Shown: positions 54,443-63,727, numbered from the stretch's first letter. The stretch: 64,000 bases of DNA from Chthoniobacter sp. (GCA_036501065.1 DASYAY010000093.1:28191-92190); one strand, 5' to 3'. The notes: generated by a model from the sequence alone, not told the origin. Translations and numbers: made by a program.

Positions 54443-56554
54443 GTGATCATTTCCCCCGCCCAGCAGCCGCTTTTCGATCTCGTCTGCCAGTGCCTCCAAA
54501 GCGGCCGTGTCGACCAGGCCCGGCAGCTCGCCGGGCAATTTCTCGCGGCCGCTCCCGGAAGCCCTCTCGCCCACTACCTCCTCGGGCTCGCCACTCGCCA
54601 ATCGGGCCGTCTCGCAGAAGCCGCCGAGTACTTCCGGCGGGCGATTGCCGCCGATCCGGCGGAAGCCACCTTTTACAACGATCTCGGCGACGTCCTTCAC
54701 ACCCAGGGACTGTTGGACGAAGCCATCGCCGCCTACCGTCGGGCCACCGAACTTCATCCCGCGTACGCCGCCGCCTACAATAATCTCGGGAACGCCCTGA
54801 AAACCCTCGGCCGGCTCGAAGAAGCATTGGCCGCCTACTCCCACGCCCTCGAACTCGCGGCCGGAATCGCCGAGATTCACAGCAACTTCGCCGGTGTCCT
54901 CCGGGAACTCGGCCGGCTGGAGGAAGCCGTCGCCGCCGCCCGCCGGGCCATCACGCTCAAGCCCGCCTTCGCCATGGCTCACACCAACCTTGGCCATGCC
55001 TTGCTCAGCGCCGGCGACCACGACGCGGCCATTGCCGCATTTGGACGGGCGCTCACTCTCGAGCCCAACCTCGCCATCGCTCACAATAACCTCGGCTCCG
55101 CTTTGAAAGGCGTCGGCCGCGAAGCGGAGGCGATGGCGTCCTTCCAGCGCGCCGTCAACGCAGACCCGCGGTACGCGCCGGCCATCGCCAATCTCGCCTC
55201 GGCCCTCCACGAATGCGGAAATGTCGCCGAAGCGATCCAACTCGACCAGCGGGCCCTGCAGTTGCCCGGCGCATCGGCCGCCATTTACAGCAACTACCTC
55301 GCGATCCTTCAGCTTCAATCCGGCGCCACGCTCGCCGGACTGCTCGAAGCGCATCGCGGATATGAATACCGTTACGGCCAGCCTCTGCGGACATCCTGGC
55401 CGCGGCATCCCAACGTGCCCGACCCGCATCGCCCGTTGCGCCTCGGCTTCGTCTCCCCCCACCTGACCCGCCACCCCGTCGGCTTCTTTCTCGTCCAATT
55501 GCTCGAGAACCTCGACCCGGATCAATTCGCCGTCATTGGCTACGCCGATAGTTCGCGGGCCGACGCCATGACCGCCCGACTGAAAGCCCGCGCCTGCGAA
55601 TGGCACCTGGTCAAAAGCCTGACCGACGACGCCCTCGCCCAGTGCATTCGCGACGATCGCATCGATCTTCTTTTCGATCTCGAAGGGCACAACGCAGGAA
55701 ATCGCCTGCTCACTTTCGCGCGCAAACCGGCGCCCGTGCAAATCACCTGGCTCGATTATGTCGGGACGACCGGCCTGGCCGCGATCGACTACATCCTCGC
55801 GGATTCCCGCCAGATTCCCCCGGAAGCCGAACCCTTCTATTCCGAGAAGGTCCTCCGCATGCCCGACGATTACATCTGCTTCGATCCGCCGGCCGAGGCG
55901 CCGCCCGTTGGCCCACTCCCGGCTTTGGCCAACGGGTTCGTCACCTTCGCCAGTTTCAATGCCCTTCCCAAGATCACCGCTCAATCCGTGGAAATCTGGA
56001 GCCGCATTCTTCAAAAAGTTCCCGGCGCATGTTTGCACCTCAGAAATCGCCGCATTGACGATCCGGCAATCGTCGCTCGTTTCCGGCAGTCATTCTCCGA
56101 AAACGCCATCGATCCCGCACGGGTCCACTTCCACGGCTGGTCGGCGCGGAACGAACTGCTCGCCGCCTATGACGAAGTCGACATCGCCCTCGATACCCTT
56201 CCCTACAATGGCGGCTTGACCACGTGCGAAGCGCTCTGGATGGGCGTGCCCGTCGTGACCTGCCCGGGCGAAACCTTCGCCAGCCGGCATGGCTTGGCCC
56301 ACTTGACCGCCGCCGGCGCCACCGAGACGATCGCGCGCGATTTGGATGAATACGTCGAAATCGCCGTGCGGCTGGCCGGCGACCTCCCTCGTCTCTCGCT
56401 CCTGCGAACCAGCCTCCGCGCGCAAATGGCCGCCTCGCCCTTGTGCGATGGGCCCCGCTTCGCCCGCAACTTCAGCAGCGTGATCCGGGAGGCCTGGCGG
56501 CATTGGTGCGCGAGCGCACCACCCGATGGTTCCGCGCATCCGTCATCGACGTAA
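54443..56554 (+). CDS. TPR-containing GT41 glycosyltransferase (SPINDLY-like), divergent paralog
   Basis: TPR array, then RLGFVSPHLTRHPVG, DLLFDLEGHN, FASFNALPKI and DIALDTLPYNGGLTTCEALWMGVPVV. GTG start; its exact position is uncertain. Confidence 0.9.
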   Translation: MIISPAQQPLFDLVCQCLQSGRVDQARQLAGQFLAAAPGSPLAHYLLGLATRQSGRLAEAAEYFRRAIAADPAEATFYNDLGDVLHTQGLLDEAIAAYRRATELHPAYAAAYNNLGNALKTLGRLEEALAAYSHALELAAGIAEIHSNFAGVLRELGRLEEAVAAARRAITLKPAFAMAHTNLGHALLSAGDHDAAIAAFGRALTLEPNLAIAHNNLGSALKGVGREAEAMASFQRAVNADPRYAPAIANLASALHECGNVAEAIQLDQRALQLPGASAAIYSNYLAILQLQSGATLAGLLEAHRGYEYRYGQPLRTSWPRHPNVPDPHRPLRLGFVSPHLTRHPVGFFLVQLLENLDPDQFAVIGYADSSRADAMTARLKARACEWHLVKSLTDDALAQCIRDDRIDLLFDLEGHNAGNRLLTFARKPAPVQITWLDYVGTTGLAAIDYILADSRQIPPEAEPFYSEKVLRMPDDYICFDPPAEAPPVGPLPALANGFVTFASFNALPKITAQSVEIWSRILQKVPGACLHLRNRRIDDPAIVARFRQSFSENAIDPARVHFHGWSARNELLAAYDEVDIALDTLPYNGGLTTCEALWMGVPVVTCPGETFASRHGLAHLTAAGATETIARDLDEYVEIAVRLAGDLPRLSLLRTSLRAQMAASPLCDGPRFARNFSSVIREAWRHWCASAPPDGSAHPSST

Positions 56555-56596
56555 CCTCCGACTTGCTCGATCTTCGCTCATAGCTGCCGATTGGCC

Positions 56597-58840
56597 ATGA
56601 CGGTCCCACAAGCTTTCGCCCTCGCCCTCCAACATCACCAGGCCGGCCGGTTGGCCGACGCGGAAGCCCTGTATCGCCAGATCCTCTCGGCGCAGCCAAA
56701 CCACGCCGATTCCTGGCATTTGCTGGGCGTGATCGCCCACGCCGCCGGCAAGCGCGATCTCGCCGTCGAATGGATTCGCCGGGCCATCTCCCTCGACCCG
56801 GACAACGCTACCGCTTACTACAACCTAGGCAACGCTCTCAAGGAACAGGGCCGAATGGACGAAGCCATCGCCGCGTTTGAACAAGCCCTCGCGCGCCAAC
56901 CGGCCAGCGCCGAAGCGCACAACAACCTCGGCAATTCCTTGCACGAGCTGGGCCGGTTCGATGAAGCCGTTCACCATTGCCGCCGCGCCATCGCCCTCAA
57001 ACCCGATTTCGTCCAGGCTCACTACAACCTCGGCAACGCCCTCAAGGATCGCGGAGATTTCAGCGAGGCCATCGCCGCCTACCGCCGGAGCATCGCCTTG
57101 GATTCCGCTTTTGCTTCCGGCCATAACAATCTCGGAATCGCCCTCGCGCAACAAAAGCAGCACGACGAAGCCATCGCCGCCTTTCGCGAAGCCATCCGGC
57201 TCGACCCCGCCGCGCACAAGGCGCACAACAATCTCGGCCTGGCCCTCGTCCAATTGCGCCGGATCGACGAAGCCATCGCCAGCTATCGTTCCGCGCTCGC
57301 TCTCACCCCCGATTACTTCGACGCCCACGTCAATCTCGGCCTCGCCTGCCGCGAGAAAGGACAATACGACAACGCCGTCGCCCACTTCCAGCGAGCCCTC
57401 GAACTCGACCCCAACTCCACCGAAGCTTCCAACAATCTCGGCAGCGTACTCAAGGACCAGGGTCTCGTCGTCGAAGCCATTGCCGCCCATCGGCGATCCT
57501 TGCAATCCGATCCGGACAACGCCCGCGTCCACAGCAACATCATTCTCGCGATGTATTTGGATCACGCCCAAAACAGCCGCACCATTGCCGAAGAGCAGCA
57601 GCGCTGGAATGCCCGTTTCGGACGCCCCGCGGAAAGACTGCCCCCTCCCAGCGACCGCGACCGCAATCCGGAACGGCGCTTGCGCATCGGCTACGTCTCT
57701 CCCGATTTCCGCGATCACGTCGTCGGTCGAAACCTCGTCCCGCTTTTTCGCGAACACGACAGCGAGCAATTCGAAATCCTCTGCTACTCGGAAGCCCAGC
57801 GTTCCGACAATTTGACCACCCTCTTCCGCCAAAGGGCTAGCCAATGGCGCAACACCGCAGACCTGTCGGACCAAGCCCTCGCTGAGGCGATCCGCCGCGA
57901 TCGCGTCGACATCCTCGTGGACCTGTCCCAGCACACCGCCGACAACCGCCTGGCCGCCTTCGCCTATCACCCCGCGCCCATCCAGGTCAGCTTCGCCGGT
58001 TATCCCGCCGCCACCGGTCTCGAAACCATCCGCTACCGCCTCAGCGACCCCTGGCTCGAATCGAAGATCGAAGATCGGAGTTCGGAGTTCGGGTGGCAAA
58101 AGCGCCCCGATCTCCCATCTCCGAACTCCCATCTCCCATCTCCCATCTCCCATCTCCGACCCGCGGAGCAGGTCCGCTTCCTCGACAGCTTCTGGTGTTA
58201 CGATCCGTGCGGCGTGCAGATCGACGTCAGCGAATTGCCGGCCACGAAAAACGGCTTCGTCACTTTCGGATGCTTGAACAGCTTTTGCAAAATCAACGAA
58301 CCCCAATTGAAACTCTGGGCAAAAGTGCTCGGCGTCATTCCGGATTCAAGACTCCTCGTCCTCAGCACCGAAGGCAGCCACCGCCTCCGGATGCTGGATA
58401 TCCTCCAACGCGAAGGAGTTCCCTCGCACCGCGTGGACTTCGCCACTCCACGTCCGCGCCGTCCCTATCTCGAGTTGTATCACCGTCTCGATCTCACCCT
58501 CGACACCTTCCCCTACAACGGCCACACCACCAGCCTCGATTCCCTTTGGATGGGCGTCCCTGTAGTCAGCCTCGCCGGCGAACTTTCTGTCTCGCGCGGC
58601 GGACTCAGCGTCCTCAGCAACCTCGGTCTCCCCGAACTCACCACCCACTCGGGTGACGATTTCGTCCAGGTCGCCACCGGACTCGCGCGCGACCTCCCAC
58701 GTCTCGGCTATCTCCGCTCCACTTTGCGCCGCCGGTTGGAGAAATCGGTCCTCATGGATGGCCCCCGTTTCGCCCGCCAAATCGAGGCCGCATACCGGAC
58801 CATGTGGCGCCAATGGTGCGCCGGAGCCACTCCCGAATGA
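56597..58840 (+). CDS. TPR-containing GT41 glycosyltransferase (O-GlcNAc transferase/SPINDLY-like)
   Basis: ATG gives MTVPQAFALALQHHQAG, as in the paralogs. TPRs, then RIGYVSPDFRDHVVG, FGCLNSFCKI and LDTFPYNGHTTSLDSLWMGVPVV. Confidence 0.92.
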   Translation: MTVPQAFALALQHHQAGRLADAEALYRQILSAQPNHADSWHLLGVIAHAAGKRDLAVEWIRRAISLDPDNATAYYNLGNALKEQGRMDEAIAAFEQALARQPASAEAHNNLGNSLHELGRFDEAVHHCRRAIALKPDFVQAHYNLGNALKDRGDFSEAIAAYRRSIALDSAFASGHNNLGIALAQQKQHDEAIAAFREAIRLDPAAHKAHNNLGLALVQLRRIDEAIASYRSALALTPDYFDAHVNLGLACREKGQYDNAVAHFQRALELDPNSTEASNNLGSVLKDQGLVVEAIAAHRRSLQSDPDNARVHSNIILAMYLDHAQNSRTIAEEQQRWNARFGRPAERLPPPSDRDRNPERRLRIGYVSPDFRDHVVGRNLVPLFREHDSEQFEILCYSEAQRSDNLTTLFRQRASQWRNTADLSDQALAEAIRRDRVDILVDLSQHTADNRLAAFAYHPAPIQVSFAGYPAATGLETIRYRLSDPWLESKIEDRSSEFGWQKRPDLPSPNSHLPSPISHLRPAEQVRFLDSFWCYDPCGVQIDVSELPATKNGFVTFGCLNSFCKINEPQLKLWAKVLGVIPDSRLLVLSTEGSHRLRMLDILQREGVPSHRVDFATPRPRRPYLELYHRLDLTLDTFPYNGHTTSLDSLWMGVPVVSLAGELSVSRGGLSVLSNLGLPELTTHSGDDFVQVATGLARDLPRLGYLRSTLRRRLEKSVLMDGPRFARQIEAAYRTMWRQWCAGATPE
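58061..58159. repeat. In-frame palindromic heptamer array inside GT41 gene
   Basis: Five TCG(A/G)AG(A/T)-type units, an 11-nt spacer, then seven CC(G/C)A(T/A)CT units including (CCCATCT)x4. Encodes SKIEDRSSEFG...PDLPSPNSHLPSPISHLR. Confidence 0.88.
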
Positions 58841-61014
58841 TGACCGTTCCACAAGCCTTCACCCTCGCCCTCCAGCATCACGAAGCCGGCCGGCTCGCCG
58901 AGGCCGAGTCGCTCTACCGGCAGATTCTTGCCGTCCAGCCCCACCATCCCGGCGCCTGGCATTTTCTCGGAGTGCTCGCCCATCAACGAGGCCAGCCCGA
59001 CCTTGCGCTCCAATGGATGTCCGGAGCGCTGACCCACGATCCCCACAACGCCGGCGCGCATTGCAATCTCGGCGCCGTCTATTTCGCGCTTGGCCGCCTG
59101 GACGAGGCCATGGCGAGCTATCGCCGGGCCATCGCGATCAAACCCGATTACGCCGATCCCCATTACAATCTCGGTCTGGCCCTGGCCAATTTGAAACGCT
59201 TCGAGGAAGCGACCGCCGCCTATCGCCGCGCCGTCGAAATCAATCCTGCCTATGCCGAGGCCCACAACAATCTCAGCAATGTCTTGATGGAACTGGGTCG
59301 GGACGAGGAAGCGATCGCTTCCGCCCAGCGCGCCCTCGCCCTCCGGCCCGACTATCCCGAACCCCATACCAATCTCGGCATCCTTCTGAAGAAACAAGGC
59401 CGGCTCGACGAAGCCCTCGCCGCGCATCGCCGCGCTCTCGCCCTCAAACCGGATTTCGCGGAAGCGCACACCAATCTCGGCGTCGCCCTCGCCGGGAAAG
59501 GGCAGCTCGACGACGCCATCGCCGCCTATCGCCGCGCCCTCGAGCTGAAACCGGAATATCCCGACGCCCTCTACGGGCTGGCCAATGCCTTGACGCAACT
59601 GGGCCGCCTGGATGAAGCGCTCGCGCCCTGTCGCCGCACGCTGGAACTCCAACCCGACCATTCCGAAGCACAAACCAACCTCGGTTATCTGCTCGGGGAA
59701 CGAGGCCAGTTCGAAGAAGCCGTGACCGCCTATCGTCGCGCCGTGGAACTCAAACCGGAGTTCGCGCCAGTCCACTGCAACCTCGCCCTCGCCCTGATCC
59801 AGGTGGGGAAAATCGACGAGGCCATCGCCGCTTGCCGTCGTGCTCTCGAACTCCAATCGGACCTCCCCGATGCCCACAACAACCTCGGCGTCGCTCTCGC
59901 CCGGGTTGAGCGTTTCGCCGAGGCCATCCACGCCTATCGCCGGTCCCTGGAACTCAATCCCGATTATGCGGACGCTCACAACAACCTCGCCATCGCCCTC
60001 ACCGAATTCGGTCAGTTCGAAGAAGCTGCCGCGGCGTACCGCCAAGCCCTCGCTCTCAAGCCGGAGAAAATCGAGGCCAGGATCAATTATGCCGGCCTCC
60101 TCCTGCTCCGCGGCGACTACCAGCAAGGCTGGCCGCTCTATGAATCCCGCGCTCGTGAAGCCGGCTTTGCCAGCCGCGCCTTTGCCCAGCCCCGGTGGAA
60201 CGGAGAACCACTGGCCGGACAACGCCTCCTCATCCACGCCGAGCAAGGCCTGGGCGACTCCATCCAATTCATTCGCTATGCCGAACTCATCGCCGGCCGC
60301 GGCGGTGAAGTAATCGTCGAATGTCAGCCAGCAATAGTTGAACTTTTCTCCACTGCCCAAGGCGTGCGCGAGGCCCTGCCCGCCGGCCAGCCGCTTTCTT
60401 CCTTTGACTGGCAACTGCCGATGCTCAGCCAGCCTCTGGTCTTTGGCACAACCTCCGGGACCATCCCCAACCACGTCCCCTATCTCTTCCCCGAGCCGGC
60501 TCGTTGCGAGGCCTGGCAAAAACGGCTGAATCCGGATCGAACACGCCAGCGCGTCGGGCTGGCCTGGGCCGGAAGTCCTCACCACCGCCGCAATCGCATC
60601 CGCAACGTCCCGCCGGAAGAACTCCTCCCCTTGTTCGGCCTGGAAAACATCGATTTTTACAGCCTCCAACTCGGCCCGGAAGGCGCCCAAATCCGCCAGC
60701 ATCCGGAAGGCGCCACCCTCATCGACCTGACCGAACACCTCCACGATTTTGCCGATACCGCCGCCCTCATGTCGCAACTGGACTTGATCATCTCCATCGA
60801 CTCCGCGGTCGCACATCTCGCCGGCGCCCTCGCCCGCCCAGTCTGGACCCTCCTACCCTTTGTCCCCGATTGGCGCTGGGGCCTGCTCGCCGAATCCACC
60901 CCGTGGTATCCCACGATGCGCCTCTTCCGCCAGCCCTCCATCGGCGATTGGGATTCAGTCATCCAACGCATCTTCCACGACCTCCGCGAGAGCCACCTCT
61001 ATAGCGTCTCCTGA
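58840..61014 (+). CDS. TPR-containing glycosyltransferase with GT9-like (heptosyltransferase-like) GT-B C-terminal domain
   Basis: Long TPR array, then WNGEPLAGQRLLIHAEQGLGDSIQFIRY, VGLAWAGS and LDLIISIDSAVAHLAGALARPVWTLLPFVPDWRW...PWYPTMRLFRQ. Start (58837 or 58840) overlaps the upstream stop (ATGATG). Confidence 0.88.
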   Translation: MTVPQAFTLALQHHEAGRLAEAESLYRQILAVQPHHPGAWHFLGVLAHQRGQPDLALQWMSGALTHDPHNAGAHCNLGAVYFALGRLDEAMASYRRAIAIKPDYADPHYNLGLALANLKRFEEATAAYRRAVEINPAYAEAHNNLSNVLMELGRDEEAIASAQRALALRPDYPEPHTNLGILLKKQGRLDEALAAHRRALALKPDFAEAHTNLGVALAGKGQLDDAIAAYRRALELKPEYPDALYGLANALTQLGRLDEALAPCRRTLELQPDHSEAQTNLGYLLGERGQFEEAVTAYRRAVELKPEFAPVHCNLALALIQVGKIDEAIAACRRALELQSDLPDAHNNLGVALARVERFAEAIHAYRRSLELNPDYADAHNNLAIALTEFGQFEEAAAAYRQALALKPEKIEARINYAGLLLLRGDYQQGWPLYESRAREAGFASRAFAQPRWNGEPLAGQRLLIHAEQGLGDSIQFIRYAELIAGRGGEVIVECQPAIVELFSTAQGVREALPAGQPLSSFDWQLPMLSQPLVFGTTSGTIPNHVPYLFPEPARCEAWQKRLNPDRTRQRVGLAWAGSPHHRRNRIRNVPPEELLPLFGLENIDFYSLQLGPEGAQIRQHPEGATLIDLTEHLHDFADTAALMSQLDLIISIDSAVAHLAGALARPVWTLLPFVPDWRWGLLAESTPWYPTMRLFRQPSIGDWDSVIQRIFHDLRESHLYSVS

Positions 61015-61065
61015 ATGTAATCTCCGGTTCGGCCGAAGAACTCCGCGAAGCGATCGAAAAAAGCC

Positions 61066-61106
61066 TGTCATTCTGAGTGCGGAGCGGAGCGAAGCCGAAG
61101 AACCTC
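61066..61106. repeat. Single arm of an intergenic GTCATTCTGAG-type REP-like element
   Basis: TGTCATTCTGAGTGCGGAGCGGAGCGAAGCCGAAGAACCTC resembles the widespread GTCATTCTGAGCG..AGCGAAGAATCT repeat (recalled similarity). No partner arm is visible. Confidence 0.4.
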
Positions 61107-61325
61107 CAATATCTGCGGGGCAGCGGTGCGGAGCCGTAGGTGATCAAAGCGAAAATTACTTTCGAGAGATACTCTAACTAATCTCGGATACCGCAATCCA
61201 CCACCCCCCTCTCGCCAAAACCGTCCCACCCAAAGCCTCACCCACAAGCCAACACCCCCTGTCAGCGCTACTCCCCCCAATCACCTCGCCGCCACCATTC
61301 AAAACGCCGCCCACGAATCGACCCA

Positions 61326-61349
61326 TTGGATGTTGGGTGTTGGATGTTG
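61326..61349. repeat. Short intergenic heptamer tandem repeat
   Basis: TTGGATG TTGGGTG TTGGATG TTG, about 75 nt upstream of the ATG at 61423. Confidence 0.55.
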
Positions 61350-61422
61350 CCCTCCCCCATTCCCCCAAGGAAGATTGCCTTTCCCCCCAAGGCGGTGTCT
61401 TGTTCCGCCTCCCAAATCGACG

Positions 61423-63621
61423 ATGCCCCCGGTCACGGTCCCCCAAGCCTTTGCCTTAGCGATCCAGCATCACCAGGCTGGCCGGCTCGCCGAAGCCGAG
61501 GCGGTCTACCGCCAGATCCTCGGCGTGGATCCCAATCACGCCGACGCCTGGCACATGCTCGGCGTCGTTGCCAACCAGGTCGGGCAACGGAAGCTTTCCG
61601 CGGAATGGATCCGCAAGTCGATCGCGCTGAACCCGAATAATTCCGAAGCCCATTATAACCTCGGCAACACCTTCAAGGACGATGGCCACGTCGACGAAGC
61701 CATCGCCGCTTTTCAACGCGCGCTCGCTCTGCGCCCCGCTTATGCCGAGGCCGCGAACAACCTCGGCGTCGTCCTCTCCCTGCGCGGACGCTTCGCCGAA
61801 GCCATCGCCATCTGCCGCCGCGCCGTGGAGCTGAGTCCCAACCTCGTCGCGGCGCACTACAATCTCGGCAACGCCCTCAAGGATCACGGCGCCCTGGAAG
61901 AAGCCGTTGCCGCCTACCGTCGCGGGCTCGAACTCGACCCAAACTTGCCCCAGGCCCACAACAACCTCGGCGTCGCCCTCGATCGATTGGGCCAATACGA
62001 CCAGTCCATCGCCGTATTCCATCGCGCCCTCCAGCTTCAACCCGGTTTTGCCGAGGCTGAAAACAATCTCGGCGCCGCCCTTTACCGCAAAGGCCAGCTC
62101 GACGATGCCGAAGCCGCCTGTCACCGGGCGCTCCAACTCAAACCGAATTTCCCGGACGCTCATAACAACCTCGGAAACATCTTTTGCGCCCGCGGCCAGG
62201 TCCACGAAGCGGTCAACGAATTCCGCTGCGCCATCGAAGGAGCGACTGCGCCCTCCGGAGTGCACAGCAGTTTGCTCTTCACCCTTCATTACGTCCCGGA
62301 TCTGGATGAAAAAACCATCGCCGCGGAGCACGAACGCTGGAATCAGCTTTTCTCCGCGATTCGCCGCGCGCCGTCGCCGCCCTATTCCAACGACCGCGAT
62401 CCGTCGCGCCGCCTGCGGATCGGCTACATTTCGCCGGATTTTCTGGATCACGTCGTCGGCCACAATCTCGTCCCCTTGTTTCGGCACCACGATCGGGAGA
62501 ACTTCGAAATCTTCTGTTACACGTCGGCCGCGAAATCGGATCATCTCACCGAACGCTTCCGCCAGTGGTCCGATCACTGGCGCAGCACCGTCGGCCTTTC
62601 GGACGAAGCCCTCGCCGGAATGATTCGCCAGGACGCCATCGATATTCTCGTCGATCTCGCCCAGCACACCTCCGGCAATCGCCTCGCCGCCTTCGCCCAC
62701 AAACCGGCTCCCGTGCAGGTCAGCTTTGCCGGCTACCCCGCCAGCACCGGCCTTCAGGAAATCGCCTACCGCATCAGCGACCGCTGGCTGGAAGGCTCCG
62801 CCTCGGAGTTCGAAGATGGGAAATCGGAGATCGGGCGCACGTTTCCACCCGAACTCCGAACTCCGAACTCCGATCCCCGATCTCCGATCCCCGATCTCCC
62901 ATCTCCCATCTCCCATCTCCGACCTGCGGAGCAGGTCTCCGAAATCGACAGCTTTTGGTGCTACGACCCCGATGGACTGGAGATCGCCGTGAACGAATCG
63001 CCGGCCGCGAAAACCGGCGGCCGGATCGTCTTTGGCAGCCTCAACAGCTTCGGCAAAATCAATGCCTCTGTCCTCCAGCTTTGGGCGCAAATCCTCGGCC
63101 AGGTGAAAGATTCGCGCCTCCTCTTGTTGAGCCGCCACGGCAGTCACCAGAAGCGCGTGCGGGATTTCTTCGAACAGGAAGGAATCGCCGGCGACCGCGT
63201 GGAGTTTGTCGATCGATGCCCGCGTGACGAATATCTCCGGACTTTCCAGCGCATCGACATCGGCCTCGACCCGTTTCCCTATGGCGGCCACACCTCCAGC
63301 CTCGACGCTCTCTGGATGGGCGTGCCGGTGATCAGCCTCTGCGGGCACATGCCGGTCTCGCGCAGCGGCCTGAGCATCCTCCACAATCTGGGTCTGCCCG
63401 AGCTCGTCGCCCATTCCAAAAGCCAGTACCTCCAGATCGCTACAGACCTCGCCCACGATCTCCCGCGCCTCGCCGATCTCCGCGCCAACTTGCGCACCCG
63501 CATGGAAGCATCCGTGCTCATGGACGCCCCCCATTTTACCCGCCAAATCGAAATTGCCTATCGCCAGATGTGGCGCCACTGGCTCCAGGGCGAAAAATCA
63601 ATCCCGGCAAATTCCCCCTGA
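61423..63621 (+). CDS. TPR-containing GT41 glycosyltransferase (O-GlcNAc transferase/SPINDLY-like)
   Basis: ATG gives MPPVTVPQAFALAIQHHQAG. TPRs, then RIGYISPDFLDHVVG, FGSLNSFGKI and LDPFPYGGHTSSLDALWMGVPVI. Confidence 0.92.
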   Translation: MPPVTVPQAFALAIQHHQAGRLAEAEAVYRQILGVDPNHADAWHMLGVVANQVGQRKLSAEWIRKSIALNPNNSEAHYNLGNTFKDDGHVDEAIAAFQRALALRPAYAEAANNLGVVLSLRGRFAEAIAICRRAVELSPNLVAAHYNLGNALKDHGALEEAVAAYRRGLELDPNLPQAHNNLGVALDRLGQYDQSIAVFHRALQLQPGFAEAENNLGAALYRKGQLDDAEAACHRALQLKPNFPDAHNNLGNIFCARGQVHEAVNEFRCAIEGATAPSGVHSSLLFTLHYVPDLDEKTIAAEHERWNQLFSAIRRAPSPPYSNDRDPSRRLRIGYISPDFLDHVVGHNLVPLFRHHDRENFEIFCYTSAAKSDHLTERFRQWSDHWRSTVGLSDEALAGMIRQDAIDILVDLAQHTSGNRLAAFAHKPAPVQVSFAGYPASTGLQEIAYRISDRWLEGSASEFEDGKSEIGRTFPPELRTPNSDPRSPIPDLPSPISHLRPAEQVSEIDSFWCYDPDGLEIAVNESPAAKTGGRIVFGSLNSFGKINASVLQLWAQILGQVKDSRLLLLSRHGSHQKRVRDFFEQEGIAGDRVEFVDRCPRDEYLRTFQRIDIGLDPFPYGGHTSSLDALWMGVPVISLCGHMPVSRSGLSILHNLGLPELVAHSKSQYLQIATDLAHDLPRLADLRANLRTRMEASVLMDAPHFTRQIEIAYRQMWRHWLQGEKSIPANSP
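62803..62925. repeat. In-frame palindromic heptamer array inside GT41 gene
   Basis: Five left-arm units (TCGGAGT TCGAAGA TGGGAAA TCGGAGA TCGGGCG), an 11-nt spacer, then ten right-arm units (CCGAACT x3, CCGATCC/CCGATCT x4, CCCATCT x3). Confidence 0.88.
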
Positions 63622-63727
63622 GACCTCCGAAATTCATCGCCACAGCCAAATTGACCGCCACCTTTAACCAGTCTAAGGAATTCCACGGCCCCGGATAATG
63701 CCCAAGATAAGCCTGAAGAGCGACCTC

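Noticed and set aside
58061-58159. Heptamer arrays as CRISPR, or as equivalents of the metazoan OGT intervening domain
   Set aside because: There is no repeat-spacer structure and no cas genes. The inserts are short and low-complexity, and they lie slightly N-terminal of where I recall the intervening domain starting.
54431-63579. Long minus-strand ORFs (535, 493, 702, 707 aa) over the GT genes, and similar plus-strand ORFs over 5883-10365
   Set aside because: They fully overlap well-supported TPR-GT genes on the opposite strand and only mirror TPR periodicity.
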